Below are positions 37,588 through 48,878 of a stretch of 64,000 bases of DNA, piece by piece (position 1 is the first letter of the stretch; every line of letters begins with the position of its first letter). A program made the position numbers and the translations under genes. Under the pieces are notes generated by a model. That model was given only the letters and a program-made list of their open reading frames with translations, made no database searches and had not been told where the DNA came from. The DNA comes from Utricularia gibba. Its lineage: Eukaryota; Plantae; Magnoliophyta. The DNA lies in contig NEEC01000019.1 of NCBI GenBank assembly GCA_002189035.1, positions 1,550,001 through 1,614,000 on the forward strand. Direction: 5' to 3'.

Positions 37588-40452
37588 CTAATTTAGTATA
37601 TTCGCTTGTTCTTACATTTTATTGCCCTGTCCAATTAAGATAAGAAAGAAAGTGTCAGGAACACGGTAGCGCGTACCGTGTGTGAAAAAGTCAACGGTAG
37701 TGGGGTCAGGTATACGGTGACAGAGGCGGCCGCCGTGTGAGCCCACTTGGCGGCGGGATGCACGTTGGGGGCATGACGGATCACGTGCCCCGCTCCGCGG
37801 AGTGACGCCGACCCTTCATTACTCTGCAATCTTCTCAGGATTCTTTCTACAAACGATCGTGGCATGGGACAACAACGCCATCCTCGGCTGGCTCCTTGTG
37901 TAATAACCAACATTTGTTTTATAGCTAAATCGCAAGGTGACAGACATGGCGTACCAACCCCAGCGTTGGTAAGTATGTCATATGGACTCCTCAATGCACT
38001 TTCTTGCATTAATTTGAGCATACATGATCTAATCCCACGTGCGCATATGTCGGGTGGGAGGTATATCCCATGCCATTGCGCCCACATGTTATTCACATGA
38101 ATGTACCAATTATAACAAGTAAAGATAAAGATATGGATTTTTGATGATTCGAAAGTTCTGATAAAAAAAACTAGGACTACTCAATATGCTAAATAAATTG
38201 ATTTTTGAAATTAATATAACAAAAGATCTAAAATTAAAATCACAATATCAAATATAATGTTATAAGTTCAAACTGTATAAAATGTCACGATTCATTTTTA
38301 TCTTGTACAATATTGTTCATTTAAAACATCCAATTTTTATGGATTTACATTCTTCTCTTTTAAAGAAAAATATCATGTTGTATTAAAATAATCTTTTTAT
38401 TTAAACATGTTCTCTACTTTATCTGTTAACACTATAGAATATAGTCGAAATTTTCATGATTTTACATTCTCTATTTGCTCTCTTACTTCAAATAATTTCC
38501 TTCAAAAAGACTTTTCGAATGTGAGTGCACATATAAAATCCTCTAAAATGTATTTTTTTTCACATTCATAAAGAGTTTTTTTATAAATAGATGAATTCTC
38601 GTGAATGTTAAAAATATATTAATTATAAAATATATTTCAGATATGATGTTGGCATTGGATTATTTCTATATAAATAAGGTTGCACTCGTTGTGGATCGTG
38701 ATGGAAGCCCAATTGGTATGGCGCGTGCCTTCCGTGTGATCGGGCCGGAGCCCAATACAGAAGCCTTAGCCGTTGAGTTAGAATGTGGGCCCACCGTGCA
38801 ACGGGATCCTTTACTCAAACCGAGTAGTCAGTCATCTGCGGTGGGCAATAAAATCTCTGGGCTTCGAAAATGACAGTCGTAATTCTTTAAAATTACCAGC
38901 AGTTAAAATAACGCCAACGGTGTCTGATTTTGTCCCCACCCGAAAAAAGATAATTTTTAATTACCCAGCTCACAAAAAAACCAATATTTTAATATTTTAA
39001 TATTCGAAACAGTAATTTTCACCTAAAATGCGCTTCTTATCCTCTGATGATACTATTGTGCATCAGCAATTATTGGTGCACGGAATTTCATTTTCCAAAA
39101 GAATAATAATTTATTAGTAAATAAAATAAAATCAACCACCTCTCATAAATACTCCACATGGCCCTAGGGGCAAGGACAAAACTAGGCTCCTAGGGCTTCC
39201 TCGTTCTGTTCATCTGTTGCCTTGCAGGGGATGGTCCTGGGGTAGAACAGGAATTAACAAATACAATTTTCTATTTCATATTGTTTTTGTAAAAATGTCT
39301 TAATCACGAGCATTAATTGTGGAGTGTTACTACATTTGCAACGCACATGCCAAAACTTGGACTCATATTGGGACAACATCATGAAACAAACCCCACAAAC
39401 AACATAAGTAGATGGTAAAAATGTAACGCTTTCAGTCCATTCGGGGCGTATTCTACTCCTCGACACACATCCTTTTCCGTTCATAAAGTCGAGAATGAAA
39501 TTCAAGAACCCAATTTTATGAATCCATTCTTAGGATTACCGACATCTAACTTTCAATTGGGTTCATAATAAGATTATGAACATACATTGTGTCGTGTTAT
39601 CACCTCAGTTATGACATTTGGGTACGTTGCTGCGTGCACTCCACTTGGATAGCCATGGCCTAGGGTGTGTTTTAATGAAGATGGAATCAGTAACTATTTC
39701 AAAATTATATCATATGTTACTAACTTGTTTTTTTTTTGTAAATATTTTACCTACGAACTTATAAAATTATATATTTAATACTTAATATTATCAATAATAA
39801 TTGGTTTTGAACTATGTTATTATAACAATATATCATAAAATACATTTATGTGAATTCAATATAATTATCGTTATTTTAAATCATACGAGATATAAATGTA
39901 ATATAATCCTAACCGGATTATATTTAGATTTGACCGGTCTCCAAAAGAGAATACTAAAAACTTTAATATAATATTTTATTAGATTTGAAACTAAAGATGA
40001 TTTATATTATAGTGAAATGATTTACTTTTTAAAAATTTTGAAAATATTTGAATCTTTATTGTAGGGTTTGGACAATTTTAGATATTTTTTTATAATTTTA
40101 AAAATTTAAGCTTGAACTGTTTATACTAAACAAAAGTAAAGTGTTTTTATCATTTGATTTGATGGTGTTAGATAAAGTTAAAAAAAAAAGGGGTATTGAT
40201 GGAGGGAGAGGAGGTGGGAATGATGAAGGCAAAGCAGGCGTTACTACAAAAGTTTCACCTGATTTTTACCTGCAGAAAAATGGTGAAAAAAGTGAAGTCT
40301 TGAAAACCACAAAACCAACAGACGAGACAAGGTTCTTTTCCCTGTGAGGAGGCTTGCGGGAGTGGTGCTAGTGGCAGTAGGGCTATCTGCACAAGCAAGC
40401 ACTATTTTTAGGCTCCTTCGCTACGCTGCTTCCAGTGGCAAACAGCCAGCGG

Positions 40453-41081
40453 ATGGGGAATTGCCAGGCGGTGGACGCGGCGGCGCTTGTGATACACCAC
40501 CCAACTGGGAAGCAGCAGAGGATGTATTGGTCCATCTCTGCCGCCGAGGTCATGAGGATGAACCCCGGCCACTACGTTTCCCTGGTTATTCCCACCGGGG
40601 ATCACGATCCCGAGGATGAAGCGTCGCGGCGAGTGAGTTTCACACGCGTCAAGCTTCTCCGCCCCACGGAAGCGCTCCTCCTCGGCCACGCTTACCGCCT
40701 GGTTACCACAGAAGGTTGGTTTTTGAAACTCCCTCCCGCCTTCCTTGTTCCTCTTATTTTCCCTGTTTTGAATGAAGAGAAATGTGGGTTTTGCTGCAGA
40801 GGTTCTGCGAGTGATTAAAGCCAAGAGGACGAAGACGAAGGATCAGCAAGATCTTCAAAAAACAGAGAAAAAACCAGAAACCCAGAACAAGAAAGCCAGG
40901 GTAGGGTAGAGTAGTCAGCGATTTCTCTTCTTCAAATTGCTCTTGTTCTTTTTTCACTCATCAGATTCGCCATGTTTTTCTGAAGGTTGCGAGAAGTCAG
41001 CAGAGATGCTGCTTGGGTTCCTCAGGAAGGCACAAATCCTGGCGCCCATCTTTACAGAGCATCTCAGAGCTTGGAGCTTGA
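40453..41081 (+). CDS. PADRE / DUF4228 protein
   Basis: MGNCQAVDAAALVIHHP start, MNPGHYVSL, VKLLRP...LLLGHAYRLVT, terminal WRPSLQSISE; exons 40453-40714, 40800-40900, 40986-41081; Gly2/Cys4 acylation signature. Confidence 0.92.
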
Positions 41082-41939
41082 ACAACGACAGATTAAAGAT
41101 TTCCTCCCCAATTTCCTTTTCCGTTTCCGCCATGCCATCGAGATTTGTTTCTCCGATCGTGCATTTACGATGTAAAAAAATTTAGCTGTGAAATTGGGGA
41201 AGAGAAATTAGGCCATAACCCGAACACAACAAGCAGATCCATCGGTTTCCTATTCCACATTCCAATAAACAGAGTTTGCCGTTCGCCGCTCAGTTCGCTG
41301 TGTCCGGAAAATGACGTCATCATTCAACTGTGTTGCCCGTACACCCAACGGCAATCTCATTCAACGGGTTAGAAGAATTGTTAACTGCTGTGAGGTTAAT
41401 GGGCTTTCCCTTTAGGCCGAAATTCAGCCCTTACACACATATCATAGGAAATGCTAGATTAATTAATGCCAATAAAAATAATAATACATTGGGCTGCTTA
41501 ATGGGCCTGGAAAAGTATGCCCAATTGCAGAAGTTCCAAATTAAAAATAAAAAATATGGAAATTTGAGCCAACCATGTCACCTAATTGTGTAAATAATAA
41601 TTGACCGAAACTTCAATCCATGTCATGATTTCATAAGAACAGCGATGCTCCTAAAGCCATGACCCCGACCACCATAAAGATGATACAAAGCAATGTCGGA
41701 AGAATTACTTTATATGAAAGAGATGCATTTGTATCTTATAGTATAAAGTCCATCATTTTGGTTTACAAAATTAGTTAAATAAACAATAATATTGACCCTC
41801 AAGAATTACATATATACTTTTGGAAACGATCATCATATGACAATGCGTCTCTTATTAACAAGATACTAAGATCATGTTTCACTAATTTGTTTACAACTTT
41901 AAACATAAAGGTGAAATTAAAGACATAATGTATTGTATA

Positions 41940-42070
41940 AGCATATGTGAAGCCAATTACATAATAAATATAAATTATATTAGAAAATTTTAATTACAAC
42001 CAATTAATATTGATCTATAATTTATTATATATTTGATTATTTTATTTTTATTTTATTATATATAATTATT
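41940..42070 (+). repeat. Dispersed AT-rich repeat, copy C (another partial copy at about 42270-42370)
   Basis: CATATGTGAAGCCAATTACATAATAAATATAAATTATATTAG...TATAATTTATTATATATT aligns with 46921-47010. Confidence 0.5.
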
Positions 42071-42659
42071 TTTCCCAATACATGTCATCAAGTCTAGTTG
42101 ATATTTGATGCGATTTAATATTTTTTTTATGATTGTAGATATTGATTAAGTTTTTTTAATCTAAACTTACATCAAAATGAAATACATCTTGATCACCAAG
42201 TATAAATTTTCTGATATCATATTGAAATTAAAAATGTTAAAATCGAATAAGTATATATGGAATCTAAATATACAATAAAAATAAATTACATTTGAAAAAA
42301 TTAAACTCAATTGATTAATATCTATTTTTAATATTTTATATATTTGATTATTTTAATTTTTTATATTATTTGTTTTAATACATATATCTTAAAAAACATG
42401 TGTGTTTAAATACAATATAAATAATTTTTTTTTCGATTTTTGTACCCTTGGGAGAATCGATCTTTTACTACGGTCAATTGGGAGGTTTGGACCAGTCATT
42501 CATGTTTTTGGATGGTTCAGATGAGTGGGAATGGCTACAAAAAAGCATCCTATTCACTGCTGTTTTGACTTCGGACAAGGGATCGATTCTGCAATCTGGG
42601 TAGGGAATCCGAAATATGGAAGAAATTGCTACCTCCAATCTCCCCGCAAAGTCAAGAAG

Positions 42660-43905
42660 CTAGGAGGGGACATCGGGGACCAGGATTTGCCACACTTTGA
42701 TTTGAGGATCTACGCCGCCTGCGCTGTACACGGTGTAGCAATCATTCTTATTACAGTTTCGGGTTCCGGTGGCCGTCAAGGACTTCACCGGCGATGCGTG
42801 TCTGCCGAGCTCCGCCAGACAAGAATGGGTGTTCCCACTCCCTTTTCTCCATACCCTCACCGTCCCGTCGCCTGACCCACTGAACAGTAACTCGCCCTTG
42901 ACCGCCAAGCAGAGTATGGACTTCTTGTGCCCAACAAGAGTTCCGGCTGGCCGGCGGTCGGTATCTCCGCCGGTGGAGTATACCGTGTGCTTAGACCACA
43001 GGAGTATCAGCCTGTCGGCAGCGCCGGAGTATAAGATGGAGCCGTCGCAGCTGAAAGCGAGAGCATTTACGGCTGATGTGTGGGTATCAAGTGTGGAGAC
43101 GAGCGTATGCTTCTTGATTCTTTTCCACACTTTTACGGTTCGGTCGGCGGAGCCAGTGACCACGACGTTGTCACCGGAGGAGTCGTCCGATAAAACGACA
43201 GCGTTTATGGCGTCCTGGTGGGCTTTTTCTACAGACTCCAGGCACTTGAAATCCGATGTACGCCATAGTTTCAAGGTCCGATCCCATGAGACAGAGTAGA
43301 TAAAGCGGCCATCTTTCGTCACGGCAATCGCCGACACCGCGTCCACGTGATGAACCCACGTGCTCTTCTTGTGTCGGCGTACCTGCACGTAGCTCCCCGG
43401 CCAGAACACCGTCATGCACCGGTCCTTCACCGTCGGCAGCGTCGCGATCAGCTTATAGCATTTCCTTCTCCCCTCCTCCCTCCACCGTCGATTCTCCACA
43501 CACGAATCTTGCAGTCGTGATGGGCCGTCAAAAGCCGACCTCCCAAAACCACGATAGACTTCACCCCGCCGTATCCTTCCGCCACAACCCGGCTCCTCCG
43601 ACAATCCCCAAATCCCAAACCCGGATTTCCCCATCCGCCCCGCCGCTGTACAGATATCCACCCGCGACGGCGAGCGAAGAAATCCCCGCAGAGTGCCCTT
43701 CCAGAGCCCCCATGCATTGAACCCCTTCCATCACGCCACTCCCATCCTCCCTCGCAGTAAACTTGCCTTGCCCGAGTTATTTAGCCAACTGGGGTGCCCG
43801 ACAAGGAAGCGAAAGGGATCGCAGAGTTGATTCTGAAGAATCAGATGAAATAGAAGAAGATAAAGATCGGTCGGAATCCTGTGTGAACCGGAGAAGCTCC
43901 TCCAT
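42660..43905 (-). CDS. JINGUBANG-like WD40-repeat protein, reading frame disrupted in this assembly
   Basis: WD repeats GHSAGISSLAVAGGYLYSGGADGEIRVWD, VKSIVVLGGRLLTAHHDCKIRVWR, RRHKKSTWVHHVDAVS, SVSWDRTLKLWR lie in three successive frames; in-frame TAA at 43779-43777. Confidence 0.85.
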
Positions 43906-44345
43906 TTTTTTCTTTAATACGATCAAACCTGAAATGCCCCTTTGAGCCACAATATGTGCAAAAGAGATGTGGCCTATAAAAATCCAAAATACACTTACAT
44001 TAAATGGGCTTACTCGCGTCAGGAAAAGCCAAAGCGCCATTACAGCATATCTTTACCACTTGCGTAGGCTGTTGTTTTCTTTATCGAAGCTCTTGAAATT
44101 GGACAAATTTTTACTTGTGGTCCATTCTCCAACTTCATGTGGATGCTAATTATAAGCACTCTTTTTAAAATGTTGTCATAAATCATATTCTAATACTTTA
44201 TATTTGAAACACCTAAATTAGAATTAAAAAAGAATGATGTCATTATTATAAATTTAAAACTATTAAAAAACATCTTACATAAATTATCAATTTTAGAATC
44301 AAAATTTACATATTTTACTATTTCACTTTAGCAAAATATAAATTA

Positions 44346-44468
44346 GCGAGCTCATGACGTGCTTAGTAGAAAATCTTTATTTGAAGACCAACGATTTCAA
44401 TGATCTATCCTCATCACGAAAGAATTTCAAAGATTAATTGGGCTGTCGGCCAACACTATAAATTTGTT
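44346..44468 (-). pseudogene. Degenerate 18S rRNA fragment (3' major domain), antisense orientation
   Basis: TTGAAGACCAACGATTTCAATGATCTATCCTCATCACGAAAGAATTTCAAAGATTAATTGGGCTGTCGGCCAA aligns with recalled plant 18S reverse complement TTGAAGACCAACAATTGCAATGATCTATCCCCATCACGATGAAATTTCAAAGATTACCCGGGCCTGTCGGCCAA. Confidence 0.85.
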
Positions 44469-44630
44469 TCATCTTTTTCTCGTGGTACTTGTTTTCTATT
44501 GATCTCTTGCTCTTATTTAACTTGGGGATAGGTCTAATACCGGTCGAGAACACCTCATCTTTATAAAAGTATGAATATGTCAAAGCAAGGTGAAGCCTTA
44601 AACATCCCAATATCGAAAAAAATATGAATT

Positions 44631-44691
44631 TTTTCATTCATTAATCAATAACGAAAGTTGGGAGCTCGAATACAATCAGATATCGTCCTAA
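44631..44691 (+). pseudogene. Degenerate 18S rRNA fragment (central domain), sense orientation
   Basis: CATTAATCAATAACGAAAGTTGGGAGCTCGAATACAATCAGATATCGTCCTA vs recalled 18S CATTAATCAAGAACGAAAGTTGGGGGCTCGAAGACGATCAGATACCGTCCTA (5 mismatches in 52 nt). Confidence 0.85.
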
Positions 44692-44950
44692 TGAGAACGA
44701 CTATTCATGGATCATGAATTTCTTCAATATGATATTGAAACTTGTGATAGTGGGTTAGCATATCCTTTTTACACAACACGGTGTTTTCATTCTTAATTAA
44801 ATGTCTTTAAATGAGTGTATAATACACGACTTCATCTTTTGCAAGGATTCCATTTAAAGTTGGGATATAAAAGCTTGAAGAGCACATTGTAGTGCTGGAA
44901 AAGCGGGGATGCTCCTCCACGAAGGAAGCTTCTTCTTTTTTGTGTCTTTT

Positions 44951-44971
44951 ATTATTATTATTATTATTATT
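44951..44971. repeat. (ATT)7 microsatellite
   Basis: Direct inspection. Confidence 0.9.
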
Positions 44972-45831
44972 TTATTTCTGCATTTTGAGGAACTAGGCAC
45001 TTGTTTAATTATTAAGATGAAGCTATGTCATCATGATTTCTAGCCATGCATGTGTCAAGTTGATAAAGGAATAAAGGTTTTTTTTTGTTATACTTTTGTA
45101 AAAACATACTTTGAAAATCAATTTTAATACAATTGAAATTGAGGGTTACATCTTATTATAAATAAAGAACTATCTTAAAATTTTCTTCTTTTTTAACTAA
45201 AATTACTTTTGTTCCGGAAAAATTCTTAAAATGAATTTTCTAAAAATGTAAATTATAAATAAAATGAACTAATGTTATGTAATTTTAATATTATACAGTA
45301 TATAATAAAAAAATAAGTTATATTTCAAATTATAATAATATAGAATCACATTTCATACAAACATTTGATCTTCAATTTTTCCGAAAAAATTGAAAAAAAT
45401 GAATTGGAATAGATTATAAAAAATGGTATTGATTGAAAAATAACAATTTATTAGAATAAGAATAAAAAGTAGAATGTATTAAAGTCAAATTTTGATTTTC
45501 TTTTCATAAATAAGTCAAAAGTCTACGTGTTCACTCGTGGTTTCAATGATTCTAGGTTATGGTATCTATGTCAAAAAAGTTATCTAGTGATAATATTTTG
45601 TCTTAATACATGATTGTAGAGTTGAAAATGACCACTTTTATAAATCACCTATAAAATCGATGTTTTTTTCCCTAAATGGCTGGTGAAACATACACTAACT
45701 AAATGTATATATCGCTTAATTTCACTGAAAACTAATTTTCGTTTTAAAAAGTTTATATTTAAATAATATTTGCGAACAATAAGACATTATTAGAGTGATA
45801 CTATTATACAGGTACCGGTGTCTAGGTGATG

Positions 45832-45945
45832 TGTAACAATCGGCAATCAACGTCGCAATTGATGTCAAAATGAGGACGCGCCCATTCAACACCAGCCGAC
45901 AAGATTGTCAAGCATCGGGCCGGGCACACGCGCACAGGTGTTACA
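45832..45945. mobile_element. Possible solo-LTR / TRIM remnant (114 bp)
   Basis: GC-richer island bounded by inverted TGTAACA ... TGTTACA termini; no target-site duplication, PBS or PPT seen. Confidence 0.25.
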
Positions 45946-46914
45946 ATAAGTCGAGGCGCAACCTTTCCGCTTTTGTTATTTTAAAATTAATTTTATTTTT
46001 AATAACATAAAAAGCAATAGATATGTATTTATTATAAAACAAGAAACTTTCCTAAATTTTTATTCATTATTTTTAAGAATAAAATATTGTTCGGAATTTA
46101 CAATTCTGAATAAACGGCTTGACGATATAGCATCTCCTTGAAAGTCATGTAGATTTTTGTACGCATCATGGCAACTAGTGGTGCATGTTGAATGGGACAG
46201 GTCCGATTCGCGTACCTAAAACCCATCTACGATCAATTAGAAAATCAGAAATTGGTGCAAACATAGCCGTAATCTACGATCTCCGTATGAACCAAAGTGC
46301 ATTTTCCGATTGATTTTGGGGGTGGTTACTAGCCGTTAGTTTACAACTATTAGGAAGTCAATACACATCTTATCTTCTGATAGCGAGACAGGTATCAATA
46401 GGAGTAGCATGGCCCCACCATGGGGGGAGACTATTTTTTTAAAACATAATTAAAAAAAAGTGTAGATATCAAGAAATATATTATATTTTTCAGTTGATTT
46501 AATATTAATTATAATTAAATGGTTAGTAGGAAAGCAGCCAGGCCTGCCCTATTCATGTGTGATGGATATTAATTATTAAATCTTTTTTAGTATCTCACGG
46601 TTGGTATGATATCGACTTGAGCGCCCACCCACCTCAAGTTGCATGGGCCTCGGCACAGACAACCAAATCCACACCTACGGACTTTCCCATCCAACGGCTG
46701 GCGCGAATGGACGGCTGGGATCCCTCGTCTTCAACTAACATTTCGGCACGTCCTCCTCACACCCGGACCTCTTAAATGAGGATTGAGGTTGACAATCGCT
46801 ATTATTTTTTACAATTGTGTCAAATCCTTGAATAATTATATTCATAATAATAATTAGTATTGAAATTTAACTTTTTTATAATTTATATAGACATGGTTGA
46901 AATTAAGTAATTAA

Positions 46915-47040
46915 TATAAACATATGTGAAATTCAAATACATAATAAATGTAAATTATATTAAAAAAATTAGATTCAATCAATTACTAATGATTTGTAAT
47001 TTATTATATATTTTTTTATTTCATTTTTAAATCTAGATGT
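46915..47040 (+). repeat. Dispersed AT-rich repeat, copy E
   Basis: CATATGTGAAATTCAAATACATAATAAATGTAAATTATATTAAAAAAATTAGATTCAATCAATTACTAATGATTTGTAATTTATTATATA matches the copies at 1615 and 41940. Confidence 0.55.
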
Positions 47041-47403
47041 AAAATTGTTTGTTCTAATATATATCAATTTTTTTAATGTCATTTGGCATTACTATTGATC
47101 TTATAATAAATAACACTGGGGAAATTTGATCATAGTGTTTAGAATGGTGATGGTCTATGAAGGTGATCATCAAGGGATTCTAAAAATCTGTACAAAGAAA
47201 AATGGAGGAGCTTTTGGGCCTGTAACCGGCCTGCTAAAGTAACCCGTCTGTTTGGTGATGTGCGGCCCAATTAGGCCCATAGTTTAAAGTTGAAATTCGT
47301 GGATGAGTGAGAATATATTCGTCTCGTCATTTATACGCCAGTTTGAGTGCGCAGGCTTAAATTTCACTTTCAACCTAAATTCTCCAGTCTGCAAGGCAAT
47401 TCC

Positions 47404-47637
47404 ATGGCGTCGATGGAGAATCCCGGCGGGGGCAAGCAGCTGTCGAAGAAGATGAGCGAAAAGTTCGAGCGGACGAAGGAGGTTGCGTCCGTCGGCGTGG
47501 AGAAAACCAAAGTCGTCGCCGCCGTGAGTTACGAGAAGACGAAGGAGGCCGCTAAGAAAGTCAAGGAGGGAGCGCTCGGCGGAGTTAACTGGATCAAAGT
47601 CAAGTGCAACAAAAGCAAGCTATTCCAGAAGAAGTGA
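47404..47637 (+). CDS. Small basic protein with 11-mer amphipathic repeats (LEA-like)
   Basis: 77 aa, GC-rich coding-like composition; FERTKEVASVG / VEKTKVVAAVS / YEKTKEAAKKV repeats, then GVNWIKVK. Confidence 0.75.
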   Translation: MASMENPGGGKQLSKKMSEKFERTKEVASVGVEKTKVVAAVSYEKTKEAAKKVKEGALGGVNWIKVKCNKSKLFQKK

Positions 47638-47829
47638 GAGTACCAAAACAGGTTTCATGGTATCCACGCACGGTCGTTCTTGATTTCTCTAGATTAGGGC
47701 AATTGTGGTGTGATTAGGTTTCTGCATTTGATCTGCTGTTAGAATTGTTTTCGGTTTTTTGCTTCTGGTTATATTTGGTAAAGTCCTTAATGAATCTTCA
47801 GTTCCATCGTTTAATTTGCGTTACTATTT

Positions 47830-48661
47830 GGGGACCTGGTATACCCTGACGGCCGTGTTCACCACCGGAACTGCTTTTCTATATCGTAACCGTTTTGTAG
47901 ATGTCTGAGGGGCCTTCGTGAAGCCTCGTCCACGGCTCTTCCCCTGGCCACTCCAGTGTAGTAAGTTCATTTCACCGAGATGGATAAATCCCTTTTACCT
48001 TGGTTTATCCGTGCCCGAGCTGCTTCCATCGCCCATCGATCGGTCTTAGTCACCGGCGAACTCGAGTAAGACGGCGGAAGCGATCCCAATTCGTAAATCC
48101 GTTTTCGCTTCTGAATACAGATTCAATATTCCGGCCTTTCCGTGAACCCTCCATTCCGCCTTTGTCCATATCGATCAACGTGATGTATACGTGACCGTAT
48201 TCCTGTGAGGCGATTACCTTCTCCACCGGAGATGGACGGCCAAGGGCACAGATCGAGCATGCCCCTAGATCATTTTTTGCAAGTTCAATGGTTTCTCCAG
48301 AGCTGCCGAACAGTTGGGAGATAAAGGTCGTTGATGGAGTCTTGTTTCAAGGCATGAACTTTAAACTGGAGAAGCGGGAAAAGGCGTTGGATGATTCCTC
48401 CCAAAAAGTGTAAGAATACCTTCTCCCTTGAGGAAGTGTAATAGAGGATTGTGTTCACAAGATTCCTCGCGATATGGATCAGCGAGGAGTCGCAAGGCGT
48501 CGCCGTTCCACCGTAACCGTTGTAATATGGTACCTCGGCGTACCAGATTCGGCCATCGGGGGGAACGCAGCTCTGCGGCCTCTTTTTGGAACGGGACGAA
48601 GACAAGACCCAAAACAAAGTAGCGGGCAGTGAAGAATGAGATCGAAGATCAAGCTAGCCAT
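47830..48661 (-). pseudogene. GATL: Galacturonosyltransferase-like (GT8, GATL) pseudogene
   Basis: Recognisable remnants in different frames: YAEVPYYNG, CDSSLIHIA, SAALEKPLN, IASQEY, RIYELGSLPP (about 48101), LLEFAGD*, LLHWSGQG (47964). Several stops and deletions, including the YLDSD (DxD) region. End boundary approximate. Confidence 0.85.
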
Positions 48662-48878
48662 ACTATAGAGTCTCTTCTCCAACTGGTAAACAATCAAGCT
48701 CTGAATTTCTCCTCTTCAATTTTAATGGCGGCTTCGAGTTTAGGTTATGCTTCTGTTATTATTTAAGGTTTTTTTCCCTTTTGCTTTTCATGTACTTTTT
48801 CGAAAAATTGATAGTGTCTTCAGGGTTCTCGCTTTCTCTGTGACGGCGGACGGGTTGTTTTTTGCCGATTTCTGCTGC

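Noticed and set aside
37635-38096. 153-aa minus-strand ORF
   Set aside because: No recognisable domain or coding-like composition; better explained as a regulatory island rich in G/E-boxes.
39148-39245. CCTAGGG-rich segment suggesting a miRNA hairpin
   Set aside because: Pairing is short and interrupted, and no known mature miRNA matches.
45025-45050. TGAAGCT...CATGAT resembling miR167
   Set aside because: The middle is mismatched, the length is wrong and there is no complementary star arm.
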